64,000 bases of DNA from Geosiphon pyriformis uo1 (taxonomy: Eukaryota > Fungi > Glomeromycota): the NCBI GenBank assembly GCA_016748015.1, contig JAAOMT010000294.1:226541-290540 (forward strand), in the 5' to 3' direction. This document shows, piece after piece, positions 36,821 to 49,130 of the stretch. Position numbers and translations under genes: made by a program. Each line of letters opens with the position of its first letter. Within the stretch, counting starts at the first letter, position 1. The notes under the pieces are model-generated. The model ran no database searches, was not told the DNA's origin, and was given only the letters and a program-made list of their open reading frames with translations.

Positions 36821-37042
36821 GAATCTCAAGATGACCTTCCTTTGTTCCACGATGAAGCCATTTCATCTGTAGATTCCTCTTTAAATTGGTATATCGTCGG
36901 TGTTATGATATTCCTGCTTTTAATCATTGCCGGTCCTGTGCGCAAGCATAAGCAAGGTATACTGGAGATGTTTGGTTTAGATATGAATAAGACTTTGGTG
37001 ATAAATGAGAAAAAAAACTTGAATTTTTCCCAAAAGGTGTGA
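36821..37042 (+). other. Candidate alternative terminal exon of the cyclophilin encoding a transmembrane anchor
   Basis: Open frame ESQDDLPLFHDEA...WYIVGVMIFLLLIIAGPVRKHK directly after a pyrimidine tract and TAG (36818-36820). The hydrophobic stretch is followed by basic residues. Confidence 0.5.
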
Positions 37043-37432
37043 ACAAGATATTAATGCCACCAAGTCAGATAAATACTTTAAGATATAAGTCGAAGGATCT
37101 AAATTGAAGGCTAATCTCTTATTTTATGTTGACCATCACTTCATTATTTAACATTTTTGTTCGTTCAGTCGTAAACAGCAAAATAAATTGAATAATACCG
37201 TTTTCAGTTTTCGTCACATTATTTAAAAATGAAGTTAATTTAAACTAGATTGTACTTTCGGGGCTAAAATTATGGATAAATGAGTAGCCTCTGCTTCCAA
37301 CGTTATACTTGAAGATTTTCCAGCCCGAGAATATATCAGAAACATTGTCCAAATTTCATAAGATATATTTAAATATGAAAATACTCTAATAAAATAATAA
37401 TTTACCGCATAAGATCCTTATAAATCAGATTA

Positions 37433-40400
37433 CTAAATATTTTTGTCTTTCAAAGTTAGCGGTGGGGGAGTATCTCCAAGTATCGTATCCACCCTTTCAC
37501 CTAAAGCTTTATGGCCACTCACCTCGAAACCTTGTTTGACTGATTCGCGTGCAACTTTAAAGGCAGCTGTCAGAATCATTCGAGCAAAATTTTCGATAGG
37601 CCCGCTGAGATTAAGTAACCAAACTATGTATCCAATGAAACCAAAGAAAGAAAATGCCACCAAATAAAGTGGTGATGTAATAATTGACAAAAATTCATTC
37701 CAGCCCAGAATGACTAATTAGGAAGGCAAAGATTGTCAAAATATTAATCATTTAAGACGATTCATGGATTATTAATGGTTGAATGTTTCACATAAACTTA
37801 CCAAGTAGTAGATAAACATAGAACGGGATACGAGCAGTTGTAGATACTACAGAGCGTTTCGCTTCCAGATAGAATGCATCCGATTCACGCTTAAAACGGA
37901 CTGTTAATTCATGTTGCCGTGTCTCAGAAAGTATTGATAATGACTCGGAGAAATCAACTTCCTGTAATTTTTTAATAGATTTTAATACAACAGCCTTATA
38001 ACTATTAACAATTAAGAAGCTTACGTCATCAGAAGGAATTCCCAGTTCAATATCTTCCGGTATCTGAATTGCAGCAAATAATGGAATCATTTTTAAGGCC
38101 TGTTTATATCCATATATAATTGGTTAGTTAAAGAAACGTTGAAATGAGTGGACATTTAAAAGAACCATATAGTGTAAGATGATGTGTTACCTCTTCTCTG
38201 GCATTTCTGAAGTGAGCATCAATGTCATCCTCTGGTTTCCAAACCTTTGGAACGCCTTGGTCGTCATACCGAAACCTCTCTTCAAATCTAGGATAGCCAA
38301 CCTCTAAACGTGATTTCAAAAAATTTTGAATGCATCTCCATTTACTGTTGAAAGTTAAAAACTCACCGCTCACGCAACTTCAGCAAGAACATATTATCCG
38401 CAACTTCCTCGTCAATTTTTTTTTTCAATATTAGCCAAGCACGTTTCCGCAAATTTTCTACTGAAGCTTTATTTTCTTCCTCGGACGAATTAAAGCCTGA
38501 ATGAAAAACGGAACTTATTAGTCTGTCAGATCCAAAAAATAAAGGTCAAATCTATTGACTTTAGCAAAGCTTACTCTTGGCCCGTTTCAATAATTGGTTT
38601 TCAGTGCTATCCAAAACGGCTTTAAACTTTTTCATTACTTTCACCCACATGTCCGAGCCAGGGTTCTTAAGATAATGTCCCACATGTTCATTTATTTGCT
38701 GCTGTAATGATTTCTTTAAAGAAAAGAGAGGTCTAAAGGTTAAATTTTGTTTCAAATAAAAGCGAGATACCTATTAATAAATACCTCCAAGGCCTTGGTC
38801 ATCTTCTTTGTCTCCTCGACACGTGATCTCGAAGAAATTTCATTAATCTCTTCAACAAGTTGCAAACGCTCTTCCTCATAGTTCCAGTCAGTTTCAGTTA
38901 ATACAATGGCTTTATTTAAAATAGGTAAAAATATTAGTTGTTTTGGAATAAATAGACAAATCAAACATAAGCTTAGGAGGCATAATGATAACCTTGAGCT
39001 CCTTGAAGAAATAGCCCTTCTGCTTGATCACGAGCATTTTCAACAACTTTAGCAAAATCATATCCCTCTCCTTTTAAGTTCTCCTACATAAATAAAAAAG
39101 TTTATGTAGTTTGGCCTCGATCAATATTGTAATAAAGAGGAATATATTCGTACTTGGACTTGAGATTTAAAAATAGCTATAGCTTTTTTGGAAAGGTTTT
39201 TGAGTTGTCCAAGGTAAAATACATGAAGTTGAGCATTCGCCTTATGAAATATATCATTTCGTTTGCGTTTATAAACTTCCGAGTGGTAACGAGAAGCTTC
39301 CCTATCGAATTGCTCTAAAAAAGCGTGATGTAAAATGAAGATATTGTTTACACTTGACCATTATTAAGAAACATATTCTTGATACTTACTGATAGTCGCG
39401 TTCCTTATTTCTTCCATTTGTGGCCCTAAATCTTCAATAACTTTTCCCGTTTCTATGGGTTGCCTGAATCCTCTGATTTGCTCCTGGAATTGCTCAAAGG
39501 CTATCTGTGAATTGCGAAAAATTGATTAAGTATTAAAGCTCCAACTTTGACTTTTGAGCCAAGACAAAGTTACTAGCCGTTGCAATTTCGTCACAGCGAT
39601 ATTGAGCGAGCAATTCTTGTTGGGTTGGCAAATCCAAATCTTTATTAGACATGATTTGATTCTATTAAATCATGAGCAAGATTTTGTTTAATTAGATCAA
39701 TTTTTTTGGATAATAGTTGTAATTACTGATCATTACCCATATTCCTTCAGCATAAACGTGAAATCCATCGGCTGGAACACGTTTTTTGTAATTTGGGTTG
39801 AACACATAATCCTTATCATTTGGATTCACAAATCTATAATTTGGGAGAGGCATTAATATTTAAAATATAGAGGTTATATTGCCTTTTAGCATGAAGATTA
39901 AATAAAAAAATTACCTATTTCTAAGTTTAACTACTTCTTCCTCGAACTTCTCTGGAAGCAGGATTTTGTGAGGCAAAGCGGTAAACATAAAATCAAAATA
40001 ATCGGAAATTGAGCAATTCTCTAATCCTTCAGGCTATAGGCATAAATTAAAGTGCAAGCCATTATTCAAGAGAAATAAACTATGGAAATATTTTTGTGTT
40101 TGATCAGTAATAAATACTTTAGAGACGCTTTGCCATATTTTTCCAAGATCAGCTTTAAGCGTATTGGCTAAATCAGATAGAGGGGTCTGTCCGACGTGAT
40201 CTCGAATAACAACCAACATCAAGGTCTTCTCTTTACTTTAATAAGATAGTAAGAACAAAAATTTTAAGCATCTGATAAAATAGCAATTCAGATAAAATAT
40301 ATAATTTTTTCGCTAGACAAAACATACCCTCTTGCTGCTTGGAATAACTGAAGATTTACCTCAAATACCGTTTTAAGGAGACCCATGTTTGCGCCATTAT

Positions 40401-41183
40401 AGAGCCCAACTTGATGTTCCCATAAATTTACTATAATTACATTGGAAGTAGCCATAGAAAATAGTGCACTTTTGCGCTCAAAATCCTACGCATCAAAACC
40501 AATTAATTAATCTCAAGATATATTATGCAGATTGGCCTATAGCCATGCGTTGAATAGGCAAAAATGAGAGCTCATCGTTGAATAATAACCTGATCCTCCC
40601 CGCGCTCCCGCCCATCAGTTCCTTCAACATCCATAATAAGTACATTCATATCTTTCCCACGGCTCATCCAAATACCTAAATAAGTTATTAGTTATATGCA
40701 AGATAAAGGTCTCAATAAATATATAAGATTACCTTTCGTGGTTTGCCTGCGTGCTGATTCAATCATCACATCAAACCTTGTTCCAAAAAGGCGATTGAGC
40801 AAGGTACCTAAGCATGATATTCGCATATTACAGCCAAATTAATTATGAAAGGGTATAGTGATCAAGCTCGATATAATTATAACAAAAAAACTACTTTTCC
40901 CGGTGCTCTGGGAACCAAAGACAGCCACCAAATTATAATCAAACCCAGAATCCGCCAATTTCCATTCATTCTTCATATATGCGGAAAGCTCTTGTCTACA
41001 CATGTAGAAAGTATTGAGACGTTGGCTTTCAATTATTTATAAATTCGCCAAAAAGGCCCCACAAGCAAATAATGATTACGTGAAAGTTTGGTTTTCATCA
41101 ACAATTTGAAGTCGAGGCAAAGGTTTTAGAACACCATTAGCGTGAACTAGGCCGTTTGCTCCACCACTTTCAGGATAGGTCAT
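37433..41183 (-). CDS. SEY1: Sey1/RHD3 atlastin-like ER-fusion GTPase, many exons
   Basis: [16 protein letters not shown] (P-loop), [72 protein letters not shown] and C-terminal hydrophobic segments. ATG at 41183 with an in-frame stop upstream. Confidence 0.96.
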
Positions 41184-43099
41184 TTCGAGAACAGAGATTC
41201 TATTGGGTAGCCGCTCGAGTTTTTCTCTCCAATAAAGCAAATGGGTTCAACCTCGAAGAGTACTGGAAAAATATTTATACACAATATAAGAACAGCGACG
41301 AAAAAACTGCAGAGAAAGTGAAATTAGAACTTAAAGGTCAATGCCATCATTACTATCTCACTTTCTTGAGTTAGAAAATAGTTCATTTTGCACGTGAAAA
41401 ACATGTGAGTCAAAAAGGCCTAGTCTATAATTTTCAAGATAATAAAAATATTATTAATCAATCTTTCCAAATTATTTTGATTTTTGATTTTATTATAGTA
41501 AATATAATTCATAATAAACGATATAAAAAATATTTATAAGTTTTTTACATTAAACTATGAAAACGTTCAATGTTAGATAAAAATATTTGTATTATTTGGT
41601 TTATTTATTTTAATTATAAATAAATAAAGTTTATAAACTTATTTTAATTTTAAATATTCTATATTTAATATAATAATTTTTGTTTTATATTTGTCTTTTA
41701 TACTTTTATTATTATAATAATAAATATATTTTGTTAATAATTTTATAATAATTAATTTTTATACTATTAAATTTTTTATATAAATTAAAATATTAATTTA
41801 ATATTTTTAAAAAATAAGTATAATTATTTTATTTATTTATTTAATAAGTAAGATTTAAACATAATTTAGTATAATACATCAAACTAAATAATTTAAACTA
41901 AACATAAATTATGTATTTTTATATGTAACTAATTATTTAGACTGATTAAAACAATATTATATATCTATTTTAATAAAAACCAAATTGTTAATACTAAAAA
42001 TAAATAAATATAATCTATATATATTAAAATTAATATCAAATATCTTAACAATTCTAAGCAATTTTATAATATTACCAAAAAACAAAAAACTGAAAACTAT
42101 TAATAATAGACAATATTAAACTATTTTAAAATATTACATCACTTTTTTTACAATTACTCTATATTTAAAATAAATTAATTAAATTTTATTTTAATATATT
42201 GTTCTAAGATTATATACAAATTTTATAATTTTACTAATTATAATTTTAATATTTTTAATATTATTTTCTAAAAACAAAATCTTTATTTAAAGTTATATAT
42301 ATTATATTATTAAATACATATAAAAAAACAATTATAATATACATAATAATAATCTGTAAAAACCAAATATTAACTTTTATAAAACAATATATAAATTTAA
42401 CAACTACTTATAAGTATTAAAATTTATTTTATAAGAGAAAAAATAATTAAAAAATACAATTTTATTATAATAAAAACATAAAATACTATAATAAATATTT
42501 ATTATATAATTATTTTTATATAGCTATAGACAAATAGCAATTATATAAAAGTTAAAATGCCAAATTAAAAATAATCAAATTTAATTAATATTATTTAATA
42601 AATCATTACTTAAAATTTTAATATTAGATTTAACTTTTTAATAAGCATAATTGACTGTTTAAAAATATTATAAATAAAATATTATATGGTTTTTAAAACA
42701 GTTATGTATTTATTCTTAATAAATTTTTAATAAATATAAATTAATAATACCAAATCTAAAAAAATAGCTCTAATTAATATATTAATTTTATTATTACTCA
42801 AAATATTTGAATAGTTTTTAATTTTTAATAAAACAATATAAAGCTTTTTATTTTTAATAATATTTAAAATATAATATTATTTTAGCTAATAATAATTATA
42901 AAAATCAAATAAAATCAAATTTAATTTAAATAAATATGTATTTAAAATAATATAGTTGTTTAAATATATTATAATAATATTGAAAAAAAATATATTTTAA
43001 TACTAATACAATAATTTGTAATTTAACTATTGTAAAAAAAACCAAATCAAATATTTTAATACTAATAATCAAATTTAATTTCTTAAAAAATACAATAAT

Positions 43100-43658
43100 A
43101 TTACTTTTTTTTTATTGAAGTTTTATAAGTGCAGTCCAATCACTACCTAAGTACATAAAATCAAAAAAAATCTTAAATTAAATGTGGTTTATGCTTTTTC
43201 TATATATAACTAGCCATTCAGACCAATTAAGATGATATTATATATTTAAAACACTCATTACAAGAAAATTATACAAAAAACCAAAATATATGCTTGCTAA
43301 ACCAGGATGTAAACCAAAACAAACATAAATGTTTAGCTTAAAACCAAACTTATAAATTATCTTATGAGATTACATAGATGCTAAATCAGAAACAACTGAA
43401 ATTATAAATATATTTCTTAACAAAAAATTATGCTTCTTATAATGTACTTTTAATTTAGTAGTTAGCATCCAGATGACAAATCTATAACCTTTGATAAAGT
43501 CTCAGACCAAATTAATAAGCATTAAACTGCTATTGGATCCAGAGTTCAATAAACTTATCATATTAGTTATCTATTCTTTTATTACAAAACCTTTGGCCAA
43601 AGTTATATACAGATGATCAGAAGACTTAGCCTTATACAATAACTGAATTGCTATACAG
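43100..43658 (-). mobile_element. 3' part of the LINE interrupted by the Gypsy insertion
   Basis: The minus strand reads LYITLAKGFVIKE at ~43575-43615 and plausibly continues the ORF2 C-terminus that breaks at 53507. A shared ACAG duplication joins the two halves. The left edge is approximate. Confidence 0.65.
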
Positions 43659-44640
43659 TGTTATCAGAGGTTTTTGGTCTCTTTACTTAAATGTTGTTAA
43701 TGTTGATTTGTTGTGAATTCACGTTTCCAGGAAGTAGTTGGACCTCCAGTAACTGAATTTATCTTCAAATTATCTCCTATAATTTGAACTTGTTGGGCTT
43801 ATGAGTGGAATGGCCAATTCCGTGCCAGTTGCTTTATGTAGTTATATTATAGTAAACGTCAACTTTTTCTTAGGAATTGCTCGTCTGGAAGCTTACAAAA
43901 AAATGTGTAGTTACTTTGCTGTAAAAGTCAACTCTTCTACAGGAATCTCATCTGTAGGCTACCTTAATGATTATAATAAAAAAAGAAAAGAAAAATAAAA
44001 GAAATGTAAAAGAAATAGGATTTTATCAAGGGAAACGTTTTTCTATCCAGGTCTGGAGTCACTAACAGTTTACTGAAATTGGTAGCTAATCAATTTCAAA
44101 ACATTAGTTGGGTTTTGGGAATTTTCCAAGTGCAATAATTAAAGAATTTGGTTTTTTGAATTATTTGATATTTATTTCTTTTTGTGTACGTAAGAATGGT
44201 TTTAAGTAATAAATCTAAAGTAAGATACATTTTCTTGAAAAGAGATGCTCTTCTTTTATACAACTTGTTGTAACACTATTCTATGAACTTGAACTTTGCT
44301 ATTTTCTACAATTTTGCTGAACTAAAAATATTTTTCAGCAAACTACAAGTTATTTCAGCAAACTATTAGATATTTTGGTAAACTATCAATTATTTCGGTG
44401 AATTTCTACAAATTTTGGCAAACTTTTGAATGTTACATAGTTCGGGGTATTGTATAATTTGATCATTGCAATTAGGTTACATTTGTGTTGTGTACAAATT
44501 GGGTTATTAATTAAATAATAATTTTGGACATTTTGCTAATATAATAAGTAATAATTTGAAACGATAATATATGCTAATTAATGATAGGATTTATAAGATA
44601 ATTTCATGCTAAATAATATTTCTAATTTCGTCTGGTAACA
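43659..44640 (-). repeat. 3' LTR (982 bp)
   Basis: Same-length direct repeat of 52525-53506. The adjacent 44641-44653 (taacctcctcctc) is the PPT complement. Confidence 0.97.
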
Positions 44641-45317
44641 TAACCTCCTCCTCAAGACTGAGTTCCATCGAAGTCCAAGTACTGTCTGTAATTTCCAGAT
44701 AGTAATCCAAAATTATTGAAGAAAATTGGTCTAAAAATTGTTGAAATTTCAGTTCTGTGAGCTTTCCAATGTATTGAATCTTCAAAGGTTATAAAATTGG
44801 GTTTTGTAGGACATTTTTACAGGTGTGAAATAGGTCATAAAGTCTAAAAGCAGCTCTGAGCTTGTAGCGACTGTTTGTTGGTCCAGTTGTTGTCATGAAG
44901 TTGTTTCTGAATAGCTTCTTTTGTGAGGTTTGCTGTTGTAAGTTCCAGTTTCTGTTCGTAGAGTGTTTTTCCAATGTGGAAATATCTATAGATTGGAGGA
45001 TATTCAGTGTTTTCCTCATTGAGACACAGTTGAAGTCTTTGTTGAATTGTAGCATTTGGTGGAATACTAATCGGAGTAAGCATTAGATTTTTTCTTAAAG
45101 CAAGCTTTAAAAGTTCTGGCAGGTGAATTCCAGAATAACTTCTTGTGTTTTTCTTATATGGGTAATATTTTCGTGAATTTGGGGCTAAATTTGTAACTAC
45201 TTCTGTTTGGGTATAATTAATGTGGTTTTCAGTAACAGTAATGGATAATTCGGGTATTGTTTTTAAAGCTAACATTAGTTTTTGGGATAATTGTTGAATG
45301 TTTTGAGGAATAGTCAT
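44641..45317 (-). pseudogene. Extra ORF of unknown function between integrase and the 3' LTR (~225 codons, frameshifted)
   Basis: ORF 44844-45317 continues in another frame (RYKLRAAFRLYDLF...WTSMELSLEEEV) to the LTR edge. It has its own ATG after an AT-rich spacer. Confidence 0.6.
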
Positions 45318-45423
45318 TATAAGAGATTTGAAATAAAAGAAAATTATTTTTGGTGTATGGATTTTTATGTTATTTTTGTTTTGATTGTTTCTAAATTATA
45401 AGAGAATAACTAGTAAAATTAAA

Positions 45424-46808
45424 TTAAGTGTTCAGGTTGGAAGGTTGTTCAATGACAACTATTGGTTCTAAGTTTTGGGGAATATCTTCAGAATTGACTA
45501 AAGGAGAATGTGTACCAATTTGTGGAATTAATGGTTCAGGATTGTTTCTGGAATAATAGTGTTTCAAATGATCTCCATGTGCAATTTTTGTTAGGATTTT
45601 GTCATCAAGTCTTAGCTTGTATAATCCATTGCCTAGAACTTCATGGATAAAAAATGGTCCATCCCATTTATTTTCAAATTTTCCACTCCATTGTTTTTTA
45701 GTTTTAGTTCTGTGTAAGAGAACTTTGTTTCTGATTTTAAATTCATTGGTGACTGAAAGCAATTTGTTATTATGCTGTTCTTTTTGTCGAGCTTGGAAGT
45801 GTTCAATATAGGTGGCTGCTATTTGTCGTTTTCCTTCCAATGTGCTAAGCAGAGTGTAGGCTCTTCACTGAAGCATTTCTTGGAAATTGTTTTCATCGAT
45901 TGGTTGTGCTGGGTATGTTTCCACTGTGAAACTAATTGGTAATGTTGCTGTCCTTCTGTAAGTTAAATCAAATGGTATGTGTTTTGTGGTATCTTGTTTT
46001 AGTGTTCTGTATGCTAGCAACACTGATGGAATAAAAATATCCCATTCTTGCTCAAAATTGGTTGAAACTTGGCTAATGACTCACACAATGTTCTGTTAAA
46101 ACGTTCCACAAGTCCATTTGTTTGTGGATGGTAGGGTGAAAACAGAGGTCTTTTGACATTGAATCATTCGCAAATTTCTTGTATCAGGTTGTTCACAAAG
46201 TGTGTCCCCTGATTGGATAAAAGTTCAATTGAACATCTGTGTCTACAAATGATGTCTTTGTAGATGAAATTTCCTACTGATTTCACATCTGCTCATTGAA
46301 TGGCTCTGGCTTCAGGCCATTTAGTAAGATAGTCTATAGCTACTGCAATATAATGGTTTCCTTGAGTGGTAATAGATAGTGGTTTGACTAAATCAATACC
46401 AACTCGGTCAAAGGGTTGTCCAACTTTGATTAGATTTAATGATTCAGTAGGGTGTGTTCCTCTTCTTCTTTGACAACTATCACAAGATTTGACATATTCG
46501 TAAATGTCTTTTCTCATTCGAGGTCAAAAGTAGTATTCTAGTGTTCTTTGGGTGGTGCTATCTTTTCCAAAGTGTGCTAATAAAAGATCTGAGTGCATGT
46601 TGTATAATATGGTCTCTTTTTCTTGTTCTTGTATTAATCTGAGTGGTTTGTTTGGGTTTTTGAAATTTTGATGATAAATAATGTTGTTGTGTAAAAAATA
46701 TTGTTTGGCTTGTTGTTGTAGTTGATGTTTTTCATCTGGAGACCAATCTGTTGGGATTGTTAATGTTTCCAAATATTGTTTAAGATTGTTGTAGTTTTCT
46801 GAATTCAT
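45424..46808 (-). pseudogene. Gypsy integrase (HHCC, DDE core, C-terminal WSGKF..KWDGPF region)
   Basis: MHSDLLLAHFG, YVKSCDSCQRR, PFDRVGIDLV, AVAIDYLTKWPEARA, KWDGPFFIHEVLGNGLYKL. No recognisable chromodomain. Confidence 0.9.
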
Positions 46809-46829
46809 TTTTTGTTGGCTCTTTTGGTT

Positions 46830-48200
46830 GGTTAAGTTGAGTGTTGGTTTTTTGTGTTTTTCTAATCTTGTCTTATTCTGGAGAGACAGTCAACATTGGT
46901 GTGGAGTTTTCCTGGTTTGTGATGTACTATGTATCAATAGTTTGCTAGAAATTCTGTTCATTGGGTTTGTTTTGCATTCAGCTGAGTATTTTTGTTCTGA
47001 AGCCATTTGAGTCCAATATTATCAATGATAATATCGAATTTTTTAGGCCTGAGATAAAGGTTGAAGTGGTATAGGGTCCAAATTATGGCTGTTGTTTCTA
47101 GTTCTGTGGCAGAATAATTTTTTTCAGCTGGTTTTAATGTTCTGCTGGCATAGGCAATTACTCGCTCATTTCCATTGTCATTCAATTATGATAGGATAGC
47201 ACCAAAGGCAGTATAAAAGGCATCTGTTGCTAATCAGAATCGGTTGCTGAAATCCAGATAGGCGAAGATTGGAGCTGTTGTCAGTTTTTCCTTGAGAATT
47301 TCAAAAGCTTTTTGGTGTTCGGTAGTCCATTTGTATTTAATGTTTTTGGTGGTGAGCTGATTAAAGGGTTTTGTAATTTCCGAGAATCCTTTGATAAACT
47401 TCCGATAGTAGAATGCTAATTCTATGAATCCTCTTAGTTCTGTAGTATTTCGAGGAGTTTGAAGTTTTTAACAATGCTGATTTTTCCAGAGTCCGGTTTG
47501 ATTCCATCTTTACTAACGATATGCTCAAGGAAGGCCAAGCTTGTTTTTCCAAAATAGCATTTTTCGATGTTGAGTTTTAGTCCTGCTTTTTGTAATCGTT
47601 AAAAAACTTCTCGCAGGTGTTTTAAGTGTAATTTAAATGATGGAAAATAAACATCAGTATCGTCAAGATAAACAACTACTGACTTCCAAAGAAATCCTTG
47701 GTACACAACATCCATTAATCTCTGAAATGTTGCTGGTACATTGCATAATCCGAAAGGCATTACATTGAACTCATAATTTCCGCCTTGGGTGGTGAATGCT
47801 GTCTTGGGACAATTTTTGGGATCCATAGCAACTTGCCAATAACCGCTTTCTAAATCTAGTGTTGAAAAGTATTTGGATTTTTCAAGGGCATCTAACATGT
47901 TATTAATCTGGAGAAGGGGGTAGGCATCTCCAATTGTAATACTGTTGAGTTGTCAATAGTCAACACAAAATTGGATCTTTCCATTTTTTTTTTAACTAGC
48001 ACTACAGATGAAGCCCAAGAACTCATGAAGAGTTGGATGAGCCCATTGTTAAGCATTCATTGTACTTCTTCTCGGATGAATTGGTGGCTTTTTAGAGCAA
48101 CTTGATATGCTTGTTGTCTTCTTGGTTTGGCATCTCCTGTATAAATTTGGTGTTGGACCAAATTGGTTCTTCCTAAGTCATTGTTGTTTTCAGCAAAAAT
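46830..48200 (-). pseudogene. Gypsy reverse transcriptase and RNase H
   Basis: DLGRTNLVQHQIYTGDAKP, YFSTLDLESGYWQV, KTAFTT, MPFGLCNVPATFQRLMD, VVVYLDD, VIAYASRTLKPAEKNY. Confidence 0.93.
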
Positions 48201-48698
48201 ATCAGCAAATTCTACAATTAGCTCTTTGAGCTGGGTCTGTTGTTGTGGTTCAAGTTGTCCCATGTTGATTTGAGATAGTTTTTCCATGACAACATAGTAG
48301 TTTTTGGAGCTGGAGTTTGGGTTGATTTTTGGTAGTGAATGTCCAATAATTTCAGAGAAATCGGGAACTGTTTGAGATAATTCTTGTTGAAATATATTAC
48401 TGTAAATAACTCCAATTTCTAAATTATTTAATAAAATTATGAGGTAATTATTGGGGTTGCAAAAAGTAACTCGGACTTTTTTTGTTCCTTCTGGAATATA
48501 AATGTTTGGGATCAAAATATTATGTTCCAAGCAGACTTGTTTATTGGATTCAAAAATTTGTTGTGTGGTTGTTGGCTTTGGGCAGATGTAGATTTCTGGA
48601 TGTTCTCCAAAGGGTGAGATGGTAATTGGTTGTGAAAGTCTGAGAATCTGGTGAGATTCATTCTGTGTGTTAAGAGCTATATTAACTGGAACTGTGAA

Positions 48699-49130
48699 TC
48701 ATTCAGTTGAACCAAAACCTTGGGTTCTTCTATCGCTTTTTCCTAATTGTTCTCTTTGATTGACTAATTGCAAACCTGAAATGTTAATTAGGGGTAGGTA
48801 AATAGCTTGGGCAATTTTTTCAGCATGTTCGATCTTGAATGATTTGTCAGTTTTATTTTGAAGCATCACTGTAATGTCTCCAGTATATCCAGCATCAATT
48901 ATTCCTCCTCTAACATTGATTCTTTTGCTTGCCAGAAAGGGCCGGGAGGTGATTTGAACCATTGCTCCTGGCAGGATTTTGAGTGCAATTTTGAGGTTGA
49001 TTTTTGTGAGAGATTTGGGTTTGAGAACAAGAATATCCTTGCCTGAATATCTTAGGTCATATCCAGCATCAATTTCATGTGCTTTTTCAGGTTTTATTCC
49101 TTGTCCATTGTTGTTGAAGTATTTAAGTTG
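48699..49130 (-). pseudogene. Retroelement-encoded trimeric dUTPase domain
   Basis: Motifs I-V are visible: DAGYDL, (T)SRP/LA, GGIIDAGYTGDI, IAQAI and RRTQGFGST. Confidence 0.92.

Noticed and set aside
39500-39580. Possible GC-AG intron in SEY1
   Set aside because: A nearby GT donor with an alternative TAG acceptor also keeps the frame, so it cannot be decided without cDNA.
43801-43998. 65 aa ORF repeated at 52667-52864
   Set aside because: It lies antisense inside the two LTR copies, so the duplication is explained by the LTR. There is no recognisable domain, and I could not trace an intact equivalent in the older LTR at 17361.
44844-45317. env gene call for the post-integrase ORF
   Set aside because: No signal peptide, transmembrane helix or fusion-protein features are visible. 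It is kept only as an unknown extra ORF.
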